Shown here one piece after another: positions 23,379 to 36,466 of a DNA stretch of 64,000 nucleotides (its first letter is position 1; every line of letters begins with the position of its first letter). Location of the stretch: assembly GCA_964270895.1 (NCBI GenBank), contig OZ185439.1; one strand, 5' to 3'. The notes under the pieces were generated by a model. It saw only the letters and a list, made by a program, of their open reading frames with translations. It was not told where the DNA came from and did no database searches. This DNA comes from Podarcis filfolensis (taxonomy: Eukaryota). The translations under genes were made by a program, and so were the position numbers.

Positions 23379-24617
23379 CTTCTCAGTAGACATGTATAGG
23401 ATTACACTGCTAGGGAAATGATTGTGTTCAAACATAGTCTGGAATAATGGCAGCAGAATTTGCCCATTACGTTATATCTCAGAACCTTGTGGTGAAGCCA
23501 AAAGGTGGAAAAAAAATATAGGGCACTCTGACCTGGCTATTTCAAAAGAAACTAAAGGCAACAGAGGAGCTTAAGTAATGTTAAAGTTTTGTTATCAAAG
23601 TAAAAGCCTGATCTCACATCTTTTGACCCAAACAACTCATTGATTAAGCAATTAATATTATTGTGATCCCTTCGCCCACCCCACCCCCTTTCCCATTATC
23701 TTTAATTGCCCCTTTCTTTAGAAAGCAGTGAAATCAGAGAGCAGAACAACTTGTTTGGAAACTTTTTAGCTTCTGCAATAAATAAAAACCTCTCCCTAAC
23801 TGGGCCAATTCCCTTTCTATTAAACAAATATATTAATTGTCTAAAGAGAAGAATGACCCTTTCAAATGAAACATAATTAGGTAATTATGTAATTAGACTG
23901 TTTTCTAAAATGCACATTATGTGCTAAGTAGGCAAGACTTGCTTCTTGATTGGCATTCCAGCCTATCCTTCAATTATTCCATTGTTATAAATGTTCCTTT
24001 ATAAAAAGGCTTTCCTATAGCCTTGTCCACCCCCCCCCAAACACTGCCAAATAGAGCTTCAGTGGATGGCAACACACCTGCTGTTTGGTCAAATTATCAT
24101 GATTTTTTTGTGGTGTTTGCCCAGAAGTGGCTTCTACTGTACCTCTGAAATGGGCAGGCCTTGGTATTGATCAGGGCAGTTCATTTGAGTTCTGTTGGGT
24201 TTCGCTGTCTGCGTACACATGAGGTAGGTTCATTTTGTCACAGTGCACTTTTGTATGTAGCAGTTAGCAGTTGTATGCACCTTTGTGCAATAACATCATC
24301 TAAAGTGTCAGCTACCATCCCTGTGGTCTGTACATGCAGATGGACGTGTTTTCAAACTAGTGTGCAAAAGTGTTCTCTATTCCCTTCCCCTCAGTTAGTG
24401 ATTCCACTGTGTGTGTGTGTGATTGTGTGTGTGTGTGTGCCTTTCAAAAGAGAGGAGCTGGAAACTGGTGTGTTGATATTCTGATATACAGATAATATAT
24501 AGCACTATACGGAGGTGGCTCAATTACTGTACTGCTACCTATTTTGCCTGTTTCATTCACTGACAACAGGGTGAAGTGCAGTGGCACAGTCCTACAATGC
24601 CAAAGTATCCTGCTTTT

Positions 24618-24735
24618 GTATTTGTATCTTACTTTTCCACTCAGGGACTCAAGGTTGTGTATGTTTTCCTCCCCACTTTTATACATGCATCAGCCCTGTG
24701 AGGTAGGCTAGGCTGAGTTAATATGTGTTCATAGG
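24618..24735 (-). mobile_element. Squam3/MIR-like SINE 3' fragment
   Basis: CAGCCCTGTGAGGTAGGCTAGGCTGAG and tail similar to 35836-35969. Confidence 0.55.
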
Positions 24736-25775
24736 ACCAGATTGAACTAACGTGGTGTGCTAATGGAAACCAGCCCAAGGATTCCCATTGGTGCACCAGG
24801 ACTTCTCCCCTCCTCTCCCTTCCACTCTCTAATCTGCTCTGGAGGATCGGGAGAACCCCTCAGAACAGTGAGGGTGGATGAGGGGAAGGGAGATAGGTTC
24901 ATCTGACATAATGGCACTACACTGACTTCCACCATCAAGCAGCAGTTCTTGTCAATAGATTGCGGGGGAGGAGGAGATGTAAGGGGTCTGATCCACACAG
25001 TGCCAGGAAGTGCAGTTGGCATCTTGGTGAGGTGGGGGGTGGGGGAGATTTTCCTACTGCAGGGTTCCTTTTTCTCCAGAACAGAAATTAAATTCCAGTT
25101 TTATCATTAACCCCAACAAATCTGTGATGGTGTTAGGCTGATTAAGCTGTTTGTATAACCTTATTAGGTGCTGAAAGGGGTGGAATGTAGTCAATTTAAA
25201 TGCTAGTTATTTGCCCAGTTAGTAAAAGCCCATTTTTCCTTGCCAAAAGTGTAATTCTTTTGCTTGAGATTTAGACCGTAGATATTGACAGAAGAATAGA
25301 TAATAGATAATTGATGTCAAAGGCTGAATAAGGAAGTTGTCGATCAGCCAGGGTCTACGTTATCTCTACGCAATGTAAGATCAAGCAATGGCAAATTGTT
25401 GCTTGAAAAATTGCTGCATTGAAAAATTCTTCGGGAAGAGTGGGGAATATAGATGGGTTTTTTTCAAAAGGCCTGTTTCCCTCTCCTGCCTTCCCAACTG
25501 AGCTGCTGGATCTAATTATGTGTATTTTGCAAAATTGAATTTTTAGAGGACAGTTATAATGTTCAAACAAGCACAATGTAGAATAACCCATCTTCACCAT
25601 CTAATCCAGAGGCATTCATACTTGGTCTGTGGTCTGTCCTCGTATCAAAAAAATAACAGTCTCCTGAAATGCCAAGCAAAACTGGAAGTCTCACTGAATG
25701 TAATAGAATTTATTTACGTGTAAATAATATGCGCAGGATAAGGGTGCTCATCTCACTATTGTGAGCCCAGCAATA

Positions 25776-26596
25776 CACTAGAGAACATTTTTTTTCTTCC
25801 ATTTTCTGTTGCATGAGATTTTTCAACTGTTCTTATATGTTTTTCAATGCTGATTTCAAATCTGAAATCGATTTTCGGGTACATGCTATAATTATCTTTC
25901 AATTTCCAACTTTTGCCGATATGTCATATTTACACTGGGGATAAGTGAACACTGACACGTTGATCTACCCTAACAACATGGTAGTTATTGTTTTGCAAAC
26001 TTAATTTTTCTTTATTTTTATAGTTTTGTAACCTAAATATTTGTATTTTTCAGATCGGACCATGGCTTCTTCAAGTAGACAATAATGTGTAAACAAGCCT
26101 GATGCCTTTTGTTATGTATGTGGCTGCTACACACTTCCTCGTCAAAGATGCAATATAACAGCGTTTGTGAGGCGTGCCTATAAAAGCTATTTTGAAATTC
26201 CCCTGGGCGACCAAGGCAAGAAATGGGCTCCGCATATTGTTTGTCACAATTGTGAAGAAATGCTTAGAGACTGGACAAGGGAATACATTTTTTTGCATAC
26301 CTCCAACTGTACATAGATACACATGTCATTTTAAATGCTATACATGTCATGTTCAATGCTATATAAGTCACTTACATTTATACTCATATTGTACTACTTT
26401 GGCTATGTGTTTAATAAAATATTGAATTCTTGCATTGTGAAAAACAAAGATTACAGTATGGTGAAAAACATGAATTGCAAAAAAACAACAACTAGAGCTT
26501 ACAGAACAAAACCAACTTCAGATATGAAATCAGCATGTCGAAATTAGGTTAGAACAACTGCATGTGTGAATGCAACAAAAATTTGGTTCCCCAGTG
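25776..26596 (+). mobile_element. Internally deleted Chapaev3 (CMC) DNA transposon
   Basis: Termini CACTAGAGAACATTTT / AAAATTTGGTTCCCCAGTG, with the transposase N-terminus inside. Confidence 0.8.
26062..26280 (+). pseudogene. Chapaev3 transposase N-terminal Chapa zinc-finger fragment
   Basis: Hand translation: MASSSRQ*CVNKPDAFCYVCGCYTLPRQRCNITAFVRRAYKSYFEIPLGDQGKKWAPHIVCHNCEEMLRDWTR. It carries the C..PD.FCY.CG, LGDQ.K.WAPH..C..C.....W signature and one stop at codon 8. Confidence 0.85.
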
Positions 26597-26694
26597 AATT
26601 GGAGGGCTGGCTACATGCTCCAACATGCTAGAAGACTGGTTTATCTTATGGATCTGCCAACTTTTGCAGCCTTGAAGATGCAGTCCCTCTAGAT

Positions 26695-27271
26695 CAGGGG
26701 TTCCCAAATTGTGGTTCAGGGACCACCAGCGGTCTGCAAGCTTAATTCAAGTCGTCCATGGTGTGGGACGGGGGTGGTGCTGTGGGTTAAACCACAGAGC
26801 CTAGGACTTGCCGATCAGAAGGTCGGCGGTTCGAATCCCCGCGACGGGGTGAGCTCCCGTTGCTCAGTCCCAGCTCCTGCCAACCTAGCAGTTCGAAAGC
26901 ATGTCAAAGTGCAAGTAGATAAATAAGTACCGCTCTGGCGGGAAGGTAAACGGCATTTCCGTGTGCTGCTCTGGTTCACCAGAAGCGGTTTAGTCATGCT
27001 GGCCACATGACCCGGAAGCTGTACGCCGGCTCCCTTGGCCAATAAAACAAGATGAGCATCACAACCCCAGAGTTGGTCACGACAGGACCTAATGGTCAGG
27101 GGTCCCTTTACCTTTACCTTTATGTTGTGCCTGCAAAAATACAATTCAAAACAATACAGCATCTAGTACAGTGTAATATAATTGTTGCGAAAGAAAAAAT
27201 AAATAAGTGGTCCACCATGAACCTCAGCAAGCTTCAAGTGGTCCATGAGAGGAAAACTTTGGGAGCTGCTG
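26695..27271. mobile_element. hAT-Charlie-type non-autonomous element
   Basis: Termini CAGGGGTTCCCAAA / TTTGGGAGCTGCTG. 8 bp TSD CTCTAGAT / TTCTAGAT fits the Charlie NTCTAGAN target. Confidence 0.8.
26765..27121 (+). mobile_element. Full-length Sauria SINE (Squam1)
   Basis: tRNA-like head with B box GGTTCGAATCC, conserved body and (ACCTTT)n tail. Possible TSD ATGGTGTG / ATGTTGTG. Confidence 0.95.
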
Positions 27272-28603
27272 TTCTAGATGTTGTTGGATTCCAGCCCCCA
27301 TCGGCCCCGCCAGCATTGCCAATGGTCAGATATTATGAAAGTTGCAGTTCAAAACATCTGGTGGGCAGTACGGTGCGGAAGGCTGTATTAGTGAGTTACA
27401 ACCTGAACTAAGATGTTGTGTGCAAGCAGAACTACTGCCAAAGTTAAGAGGTCAGTCACCAACTGCTTGAACCCACTGAGTCCGTAAAGGTGGAAGATTA
27501 CTGGTCTAGAACACCCCGTCGGCTTGCACCGAGGAAGCTGTCATTCAGAGATTGCCTGCTAGTACAAATGTCTAACTGGGGGAACACCTGATAATTTTAC
27601 TTTACTTTCTCTTCTTCTGCAACACATCTAATCTAGATTGCAAACATGCAGCCTATTTTAATTATTGTAAAGCTCCTAGCATGACTACTTCAAGAAAGCC
27701 CAGATTTCCCAGCACATTGCTGGGCTGGCTCCCAACATAGCTGCATAATGTTTAGTAAGGGTTGGATTCTCCCAGAATGTTCAATAGTTTAGAGAGGACT
27801 TGAGTAGAGCACAAGGAGTGAAGAAGGTCATCAAGGGCAGGAGGAGCAGGGGCACGGGGATTAAACAGAGGATGTGTGTGCAGAGAAGGAGGCCATTTAA
27901 GGCACAGCAGCCTTGTGTCATAGCGCTGAAGAACAAGATGCTCGATTATTTGAAAACGAAAGCTGAGATTCTGAGAAAGCCAAATTCTGCAGCACATTCC
28001 AGATTCCATGCTGAGTGATGCCTATGCAGAATATGCAAAGCTCTGGATTTAGGTTTTCCTTTGCAGCTGTGTGCCCATGTGTTAGACCGATATACATTTC
28101 TTCTTTAAAAAACCAGCGGCATTATTTTTGCGATGTTAAAGGAGGAGGAATTCACAATTTCTTAATTCAGGCCATAGCTTTCATACCAGATGCAGAGCTA
28201 TGCATGATGGCGAACATCCCAATATCCACTGGTGTGCAGCTTAGGACATCTGGGACATTAGAATTCCTTCTCAGGAAGTGCCATTAGTAGCTTCGTTTTT
28301 TTAAGCATGTGTGTTTAAATGTCTGAGTCCATTTGTTTTGGTTACAGTGTCCTCCAAAGAGACAGAGAGCTCAAAAGAGGACACTGATCTCTATGAAAAT
28401 TGTATATGTTAATGTATATGTAGAGATACACACTTTTTTATACAGAAAAAAGAAAGTGACTGTACTTTAAATGGACATACAATACACCTCACCCTAGTGG
28501 GAAAGACTGTGATCAGGTCAACAGTGTGCCTGCTCAGTCTGTGGTCTAGGTCCTAGGTGTTGATGGGTGCTGCCTGCCAATTACGGTAGTACTGGGCTAA
28601 GTT

Positions 28604-29030
28604 CAAGGTGATGGTTTGGGTGTGTAAAGGGCTATACAGCTTGCGACCAAGATACCTGAAAGATCACCTCACCCTTTATATCCTCAACCAATCCCTGCAC
28701 TCTGAAGGCGTGGGCTTCCCCCACAGACCATCTTATCAGGAGGTTCATTCTGTACAATATAGGAATTGGGCCTTTAGTATTGTGAGACCAACCCTTTGGA
28801 ATTCCCTCTCCTTGAATATTAGACAGGTGACATCTTGGTTGTCTTTTTGGTGCCTATTGATGGTTTTTTTTGCTTCCAATAAACCTTTTATGTAGAGATC
28901 TTAAAAGGTTTATTATTCCCCAGTGTTGGAATTATTTATAATATACTTTTAATTGTTTTGTTGCTTGTTATTTGCTCCTTTGGGCTCCTCCGGGAGGAGT
29001 GGGATATAACGAGTGGGATGTAAATGTAAT
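28604..29030 (+). mobile_element. Old L2 LINE 3' fragment
   Basis: KVMVWVCKGLYSLRPRYLKDHL...WAFSIVRPTLWNSLSL matches the L2 ORF2 C-terminus; tail GGGAGGAGTGGGATATAA. Confidence 0.8.
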
Positions 29031-31080
29031 TAACTGATTAACTAAAAGCCCCGCTCCTCACCTGCTGTCCCTTCTGGACAGCCTTCAAACAGAGGACAGT
29101 TCTCTGTAAAACAGGCCATGTGACCACCTTATCATTGGTGCAATCTGACCCAATTCTTGGTGCAGTGCCATTGGCAAAAGCCAACTCTAGGCTGAGGGCC
29201 AGCACCACTGTTGCTGTGCCTTGCCCCAGTATTTCACCATGATGTCTTACATGGGGACACATGCAGAAATGTGTACCCAGAGAGGGTTGTGGTAGTGTGT
29301 GAAGAGATCCTGTCAGGTCTGGCTCTCTTGCCACCTGAAAGGCAGCACTGCTGGCGCCACTGCAGCTAAACTTGTCTGACTGGACTAGGCTGCAGAGTTT
29401 TACCCAGGAGTTCAAACACCTGTTCTTAGGTTTGGGACTCCAAGCAAAATGCTAATGTGCCAGAGCTTTGCATTAATTTGGTTTTGTTCAAAGGCTGTTT
29501 TTACACCTCTTTGACTAATGACACTCAAAATTTAAACACATCCTCAGAGATAAAAGGCATCATTAGTTAAGTCCGTAACTAGTTCCAAAGCATTAATTGC
29601 TAGTCTCATATACAGGCCAGGAATTAGTCTCATCTACTTTTAATCAAGAGAAGTTGATGTTCTGTATAATGAACATACCTCAAAGCATCAGATCAAAGGT
29701 AACAATGACTTGCATTTTATCTTCCCTCAATCTGCTCTGGAGCAACAGGTAAGGTGACTGGATAAGTTTTTAAACACACCCTTGCTCTTCTAACACTAAA
29801 TGAAGCTCTATGTGCTGTATAGGCAGGGATCACCAAGCCTAATAAAGCAAGGCTAACTCCTATAGGTCTAAGCTGGTTTAAATTATCTGTGGGTGTCCTG
29901 CCTCGATCCCAGGAAGGAGCCCACATAGCAAGTCAGATCAGCTGTCATAGCACCATGAAGAGCGAACAACTTGTTCTGGCAAGCATTTGAAGTCTACAAA
30001 GTCCTTTGAGCCTCTGCCTTCAGTCCACCTTTCCTTGGCTCCAGGTTTTTCTTGGTAAACAAGTTTCTTAAGGGCCAACACTTTGGCCTGAAGGTGGACA
30101 CTTCTCCTGTGTTTCCAGACCTTCCCCCGGGTGTACTAATTATTTGCAAAAACATATGCAAGAATGTAGAAAAGAGTTAAACCCATGCTACACTATATTT
30201 CTGCACCATAATTTTATTACCAAAAACTTTCATTCAAATATATGCATTGTCGTATTCATCTGTCGATATACTGGTTACTTTAGGAAACCAAGAGCATATA
30301 TCCATATAATATATGTATAATAATGTTTATAGTATGCAAGGATTCTTGATATTTGTAGTGAAACCAGAGGGTAGCAGGAAATTGAGATTAATGAGTGATA
30401 CGGGATATATCTATGCAGATAAGGTCAACATACATTTTCAGAAAATTCCATACCTTGTGGGAACAGGGGGCACAACCCCTGTTCTTCTTCCCTGTTTTCA
30501 TTGTCCATGAATTATGAACATTTGCCCAGTAATATGCATGCATGAATGAATCAGCTCTTACTGTTTTGTGCTAAGTCATCCTGTTAATTTCGGAAGTTCT
30601 CTGTGTTGATGTTACTGGGCTTTGGGCAGTCTGGATACACCTTGCTTGTTGAAAGCAACTCGGAAGCAAAGAGTTGCGTGAATCTTTTTCTGAGTTTCTC
30701 TGAGTTGACTTGAAAAGGTGTTTTGGGGATCATTCTTTAGAGATAGTAAGACTGACACTAACCATTGTGACAGATGTACAGCTGCCACTGCCTGAAAATG
30801 ACTCAGCTCCTGTCCTCCTCCTCCTCTTTTCCCAGCATTGTCTAATCATGCCAAAATGGGCAGTGTTTGTGACACCATCCCTTTCCAAGTTTGTGTATCT
30901 CTGCTTTCTTTGATCGTCTGCTGCATGCAAGGGGAATACTGTGGGGGGGGCAGGGGGCCCGTAGTCCTGTGTGCATGATTTTTCAGGGGTGCAAGCCAGG
31001 TGACCCCATGCGAGGATCCCTGTCCCACCCTGCCTATCTTGGTCTGTCTCTGAGTCTCAGAGCCCTGCTCCCATACTGAA

Positions 31081-31112
31081 TTACTGCTCCCTTACCTTAC
31101 TGCTCCCTTACC
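31081..31112. repeat. 16 bp tandem duplication (TTACTGCTCCCTTACC) x2
   Basis: Perfect direct repeat. Confidence 0.95.
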
Positions 31113-34100
31113 TGGCCAGCATCAGGGCGGGGCATTCTGGCCAAGGGCTGTGTTTGTTGACTGGACCCCACCACGCATAGGTGGCCAGGACTGAGCTGGT
31201 GCGCGGGCTCCGTGAATGTTCCGTGCCCTGTGTGTGCATGCCCAACAATGTTGGCAGTGAGGCCTGGCCTGGTGGGTTCTGTTGACCTCCCACACCACAA
31301 CCCCTCCTGGCATGTGCACACATGCATGCGTGCCCCAGGCGCCAGAAAAGGATGCAAAGCGGCTGCATTGGTGCGCTTCCAGCACAATGATGCCATGTCA
31401 TGTGCTTTGTGTTGACTAGACATTACAACGGGATGAGGTGAAGGAGATACAGGAGTGACGCCTTTGGTATTGGCCATGCATGTGACATCATGCCCAGTTC
31501 CAATCTAAGGAAATGCTCCAAGAATCTAGTTTACTTTAATGATATTATTTGGGGGTATTCTGCCTGGAGAATTAACCACAAATATTCATATTAACGTTTC
31601 CACATTGGGAATGATCTTTAAAATAATAAATGTCTTTGTACAAACACAGTTTGCCTTCTGAATAACAATGAAGTTGAGGGGCGGAGGAAGAATTCCATAG
31701 GACATGGGTCAGCATCTAATTTCTAAGAGGTACCAGATTTCCAAATGAAGAGTCATCTTGTGCCCACATATGCTCAGACACAGGCAATGGAGACTTTGTC
31801 AAAATCCTCTCTGTCTATGCACCCCAGTCAGCAGCCCTGTTGAGGCACTGAGGCTGCGCATGGAGAAGGGGACAATTCTGCAGGACCTACCCCTGGTCAC
31901 CAGCCTGGCTCCCTGGACTTGAGATGTATGTACTGGGAAAGTTTTGGCACAAGCAGCTGCAGGCACATAGGCTTCCATGCTAGAAATGTCCACATTAGGA
32001 GGGTGAGTTTAGTGCCATCCATGATGTTGGGGATAGTGGTGCAGTTCTGTCTCCCCTCCATCCATCTAGGTCTCCAATGTGAGCTGCTTGAGAAGGACAA
32101 GAGGAGAACTCTCACAAAGTTTCTGCTGCTTCCACACTGGAGGAGATGGAGCTACAGAACCCCCTCCCTGTGTCTTCACTAGCATGAAAGGGACCAAGTT
32201 TCAAAACGCTCTATGTGTGCAGAGGTGGAGTGATGGTCCTTGAGATCAGGAATGGATGAGACGTCTGGAGAGCCTTTGGGAACTGGCTATGGCTCCTGGG
32301 CGTCCAGTTCTCCATCACTGGTGAAAGATTTTAGAGCACGCTTTCTAAACTGCTGCCTCCCATATGTTTTGACTATAGTTCCCCTCATCTCTGATCATTG
32401 GTTATGGTGGCTGGGGCTGGGGCCTCTGATTGCCTTTCTTGTTCCCGCACTCCTGCACCTGACTCTTCAGACTGACAGAGTGGCCCAGAAGCAGCATATC
32501 CCTTAGGTGGCCAGTAGAGGCACTACTAGGCAGCCTTGGGATCTAGGTCTTGGAGACGGGGGACCCAGGACTGGCAGGTTGAGGAGCCAACCAAACTGAG
32601 TCAGAGGAGGGGTGTTTTTTGCTGCAGCCTGGCAGCAGCTCCTGGATTGCCTATTCACCACTTCTTGTCATGATGTAGTTGGCAGGATCACCTGTCTGTT
32701 GCCAGGTGAATTGCAGCATGACAACACTACATTCTTACATTTATATAATGGGGTGGGGAGGGAGAGAACAAGCCGCTTGTCTCCCTTGAGTTCCAGGCAC
32801 ATGTTTTTAGAAATAAATATGACCAAAGAATCTCACAGGGAAAAATAACTTGGGGGATGAAGTCATGAAAGAAAAATGGTGAGAAAGTGTTAAACGGCAC
32901 CCTAACTCCTCTACTTTTGACATTGTGCCAGCACAGTTGCCAAACATTTTAACATGGCATCAGCTCGAGTTAAAACTGGAAGCTATCCCTAATATCTTCA
33001 TTTTCATTTATGGACTGCTAGATTTGGGAATTTGGTTCCGTTCCTTTTAAGATGGTGTGCTCCTTTAAGAAACCAGATTTAGATATATATCCTTTAAAAT
33101 CCTGCAGCTTCAGGGAAGTACAGATCCAGATTTTGGGGTGTAAACTCATATTTTCTTGAAATAATTTGCAACTATCATTATAATGCATCTACCGTTTAAA
33201 GTTACCACTGATGACTGTTTAAAATCAAGCAGAAAAGCAAAGACATCTTTGATGGATTATCAAGTTCTCCACATAGCATAGGATTGCAAAACGACACCAT
33301 ACCACTTATCTTTCAGCCCCATTAAGCTTAAGGCGATGAAATTGCTTTAAAGACTTTTGACAACTTCGGCTAGATTCTTTCTATCCCCTTTACCACTTCT
33401 ACTTAGCCATTGTCACCATTTTGTCAGAAATTAATTCTGTTAGTGGTGAGGTTGGTAGGGATGTCAAACTGCTTTAAAAGGCTGGTAGTTGGATATGTGA
33501 GTATCAGTTTGCATCTGGAACTTTCTTAAAGTATCACCAGCATTCCCTTTTAACCCAAAACATTCATCCATAAGCCCTAAACTGTATCTTATTTAAGAAG
33601 TATGCATGTATTGTAATTGTACCAGGGCCAAATGAAAGAAGATGGGCCTCTGCCATGAGGGTGGTTTTCATAATTGCAACTCTTTTGATATCAGACTAGT
33701 GATTTTCATTAGTTTAATATAAAGATACTTGAATCCTTTCCAGGAGCTGTTTAATGAATTACCCAGACTACCTCAACTGTTACAACAGCAGCAAAATCAC
33801 CAGTGGCCAGATTCAATAGCAGCATTAAATAGATCTGCTCTTAGATTGCTAGGAGTCACATTGCTAAACAAGCAATGCCGCAAGTAAGTTAGCAAAGATG
33901 GTGGGGCAGAAGTTCTACATGATGATATACATATGTTCTGTGCTGACTGAAATCAATTTACGCACAAGCTGAATAAGCTACATCCTTGCCTATGTGCCAG
34001 TTTAGATGCAAATATAAAAGTTTATTCTTTCTATCGCCATTGCCTTTTCTGTTAGAATAATGCACTTTTTTGGTAATGCTACGGGACCTCTTAAACTTGA

Positions 34101-34860
34101 CAACACTTGGGACCTCAGCAAGCCTTAGGCTGTGTATACATTACCGTTTACTCTGGGTTCACTGCACTCCCAATGCTGTTTGTTTGAAGCTGAGAACACA
34201 TCACCCGCAATCCATATGTGTCCTGTAACTTCTTGAGAAATGCTCATTTTTATGTGCTTCCCCTCAAACCAATTTCCATCCAATTAAAAGATGGAAGCGG
34301 TTAAGCTGTGGTGTGTTCATTTCCCAAAAATCCAGGGATGTTAATACCAATATACTCATTTATCCATCCTTACACTATAGGCTTTGTTTCTCATTCATTC
34401 TCTTTTGCTCGGTTATGAAGAGGTTGTAGTTCTTCTAGCCAAGAACCTCAGGGTCAAAGTTCAGGATCCCTGCCCTGGCCTCCACAATGGGTGGTCCGCC
34501 CCGGCTGTTCCCCATGGCCTGAGCACTGAGCCATTCAGCCTCCAAGTCCACTCACTAGCTCCTTGTGGGTGTAACCACTTTCTCCTTCCTGCCTGTTGCC
34601 ACTGCTGGCTTTCTGTGCCCCCAGTTTTGTGCTACACAGCTGTTGTACAGGTGTGCTTTTAGAAACCATGTATTGACAGAGCCCACAAATCTGGGGGTAT
34701 GAGCCAGAATAACAATAAAAAAAATAGAGTCAAATTTGTATAAATCACAAAAGAGTTGCATGGTATCAAACAGAGGTGGATAGAAGGCCTGGTTGAGCCT
34801 CTTGTCCTGAGGTCTCTTACAGAAGATGTATGACCACACAATTTCACACAGCCTTTAGAA

Positions 34861-34996
34861 CAGGCTTCCTCAACCTCTGCCCTCCAGATGTTTTGAGACT
34901 ACAATTCCCATCATCCCTGACCACTGGTCCTGCTAGCTAGGGATCATGGGAGTTGTAGGCCAAAAACATCTGGAGGGCCAAGGTTGAGGAAGCCTG
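34861..34996. mobile_element. Palindromic hAT MITE (136 bp)
   Basis: Perfect 16 bp TIR CAGGCTTCCTCAACCT / AGGTTGAGGAAGCCTG; 8 bp TSD CTTTAGAA / CTTCAGAA. Confidence 0.92.
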
Positions 34997-35835
34997 CTTC
35001 AGAACATTGCAGTAATGACCTTATTGGGAATATATAGTAACTCCCCTTAAAACACCAGGATGAACGGCCATTATTCATCTTCCCAAGGCTGCAAGCTTAG
35101 TTTTGCAATAGCACTGAAGTTCCTAGTTCAGGGGCTGGTTATTCAAATTATACTGAACTGTCTGTCTATGATAATTCGTGGGATTGTTTGAAAAACCAGT
35201 TTTGTGCTTTTAAGATGAATACTTCCTCAAAATTAGCCACATGGAACTTTAGGCCTTGTTATTGCTTTCCATTTTTTTATTTTTTGGCTCTGTTGCACAT
35301 TACCTCAAACCCAGCCTCATACATGTGTTTTCCAGTTTAACTGATATTTTCCAGCATTAGTTTATAATAACCACATGGAAGACTTTCACATCAGCAGAGT
35401 TCTTGTTAACTGTTTAATTCAGTGAACGGAGATCTGCAGAAATGACTTAATGACACCTGCACACTGAACTGTGCTTTCAATAGTTGAAAGTATAAAATGT
35501 ATAGCAAATTAATATTTCTCCTTTCCCAGTCATTCACACTTCATCTCTGCTTATCTTCTATTTGCAAACAAAGTAAGGCAAAATAATTCATATCATATAG
35601 TAGTATATTAAAACACTACAAAACAAAAAAAAAAAAAAAGCAAAAAAAGTTAGTTGAATCAGGCCCAGGGATCTCAGGTTGAAAAGAACTAAGGGTATAC
35701 TCCCATTGCAGTTTAATATCTGAAGGTGCTGCCTCAATCATAGAAATAGTAACAGGAATAGTAAGAAGATAATCTCCCCCCCACTCTCTCTGACTAACCC
35801 AGACATCACAAGTATTGAGTAACCAGGAACGAATC

Positions 35836-36454
35836 CATTTATTTTATTGCATTTGTATTCCACCTTTTTGTCCAATGAGCTCAAGGTGGTGTACTTGATT
35901 CTTCCCCTCCTCATTAATCCCCACAGCAACCCTGCAAAGTAGCTTAGGCTGAAAGACAGTGACTGGCCACAGCGGCGTAGCGTGGGTTGTCAGCACCCGG
36001 GGCAAGGCAAGTAATTTGCGCCCCCTAACCCCTAACCTGCTGCCGCTGCCAGCTTCTTCTTGCTGCTGCCTGGTCTGGTCTGGTGTGGTTCTCTCCCGTG
36101 CTCAGCGCTGCGCTGGGCAGCCGCTGCACTGTCCCTCCCCCAGACAGTCCCTTGCTCTTTCTCCGCACCGCACGCCTGGCACCCACCCCCTCCACAGTGG
36201 GCGGCGACCCAGCGGCTTGGATCGGATTCGCACAGCCAGCACTGCAGTGAGAGAGAGTGAGTGAGCCAGGTAGGGGCAGAGAGCTGCGAGTGCGAGCGCC
36301 CCCCCCCAGATGTTGTGCCCGGTGCGGCCGGCCCCCCCTGCACCCCCCACGCTACGCCACTGACTGGCCATGGTAACTCATTGAGCTTCATAGCCGAGTG
36401 GGGATTTGAATCCTGGTCTCCCAGGTCCAACACACTAACCACAGCAGTTCCCAC
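35836..36454 (-). mobile_element. Squam3/MIR-like tRNA SINE split by a hAT insertion
   Basis: Head with B-box-like GGATTCAAATCC at 36371-36454; body and tail at 35836-35969. Confidence 0.75.
35970..36362. mobile_element. Young GC-rich non-autonomous hAT element (393 bp)
   Basis: 17 bp TIR CAG(C/T)GGCGTAGCGTGGG (16/17 match), perfect 8 bp TSD ACTGGCCA (35962-35969, 36363-36370), many intact CpGs. Confidence 0.92.
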
Positions 36455-36466
36455 ACATCTATAGTA

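Larger units (their letters stand above)
26667..27385. mobile_element. Old palindromic MITE split by two nested insertions
   Basis: Left piece CAGCCTT...CCCTCTAGAT rejoins GTTGTTGGATTCCAGCCCCCATC...AAGGCTG once 26695-27279 is removed. Confidence 0.55.

Noticed and set aside
32240-32506. 88 aa ORF with a hydrophobic stretch as a membrane protein
   Set aside because: No splice context or recognisable family; likely incidental in a decayed tract.
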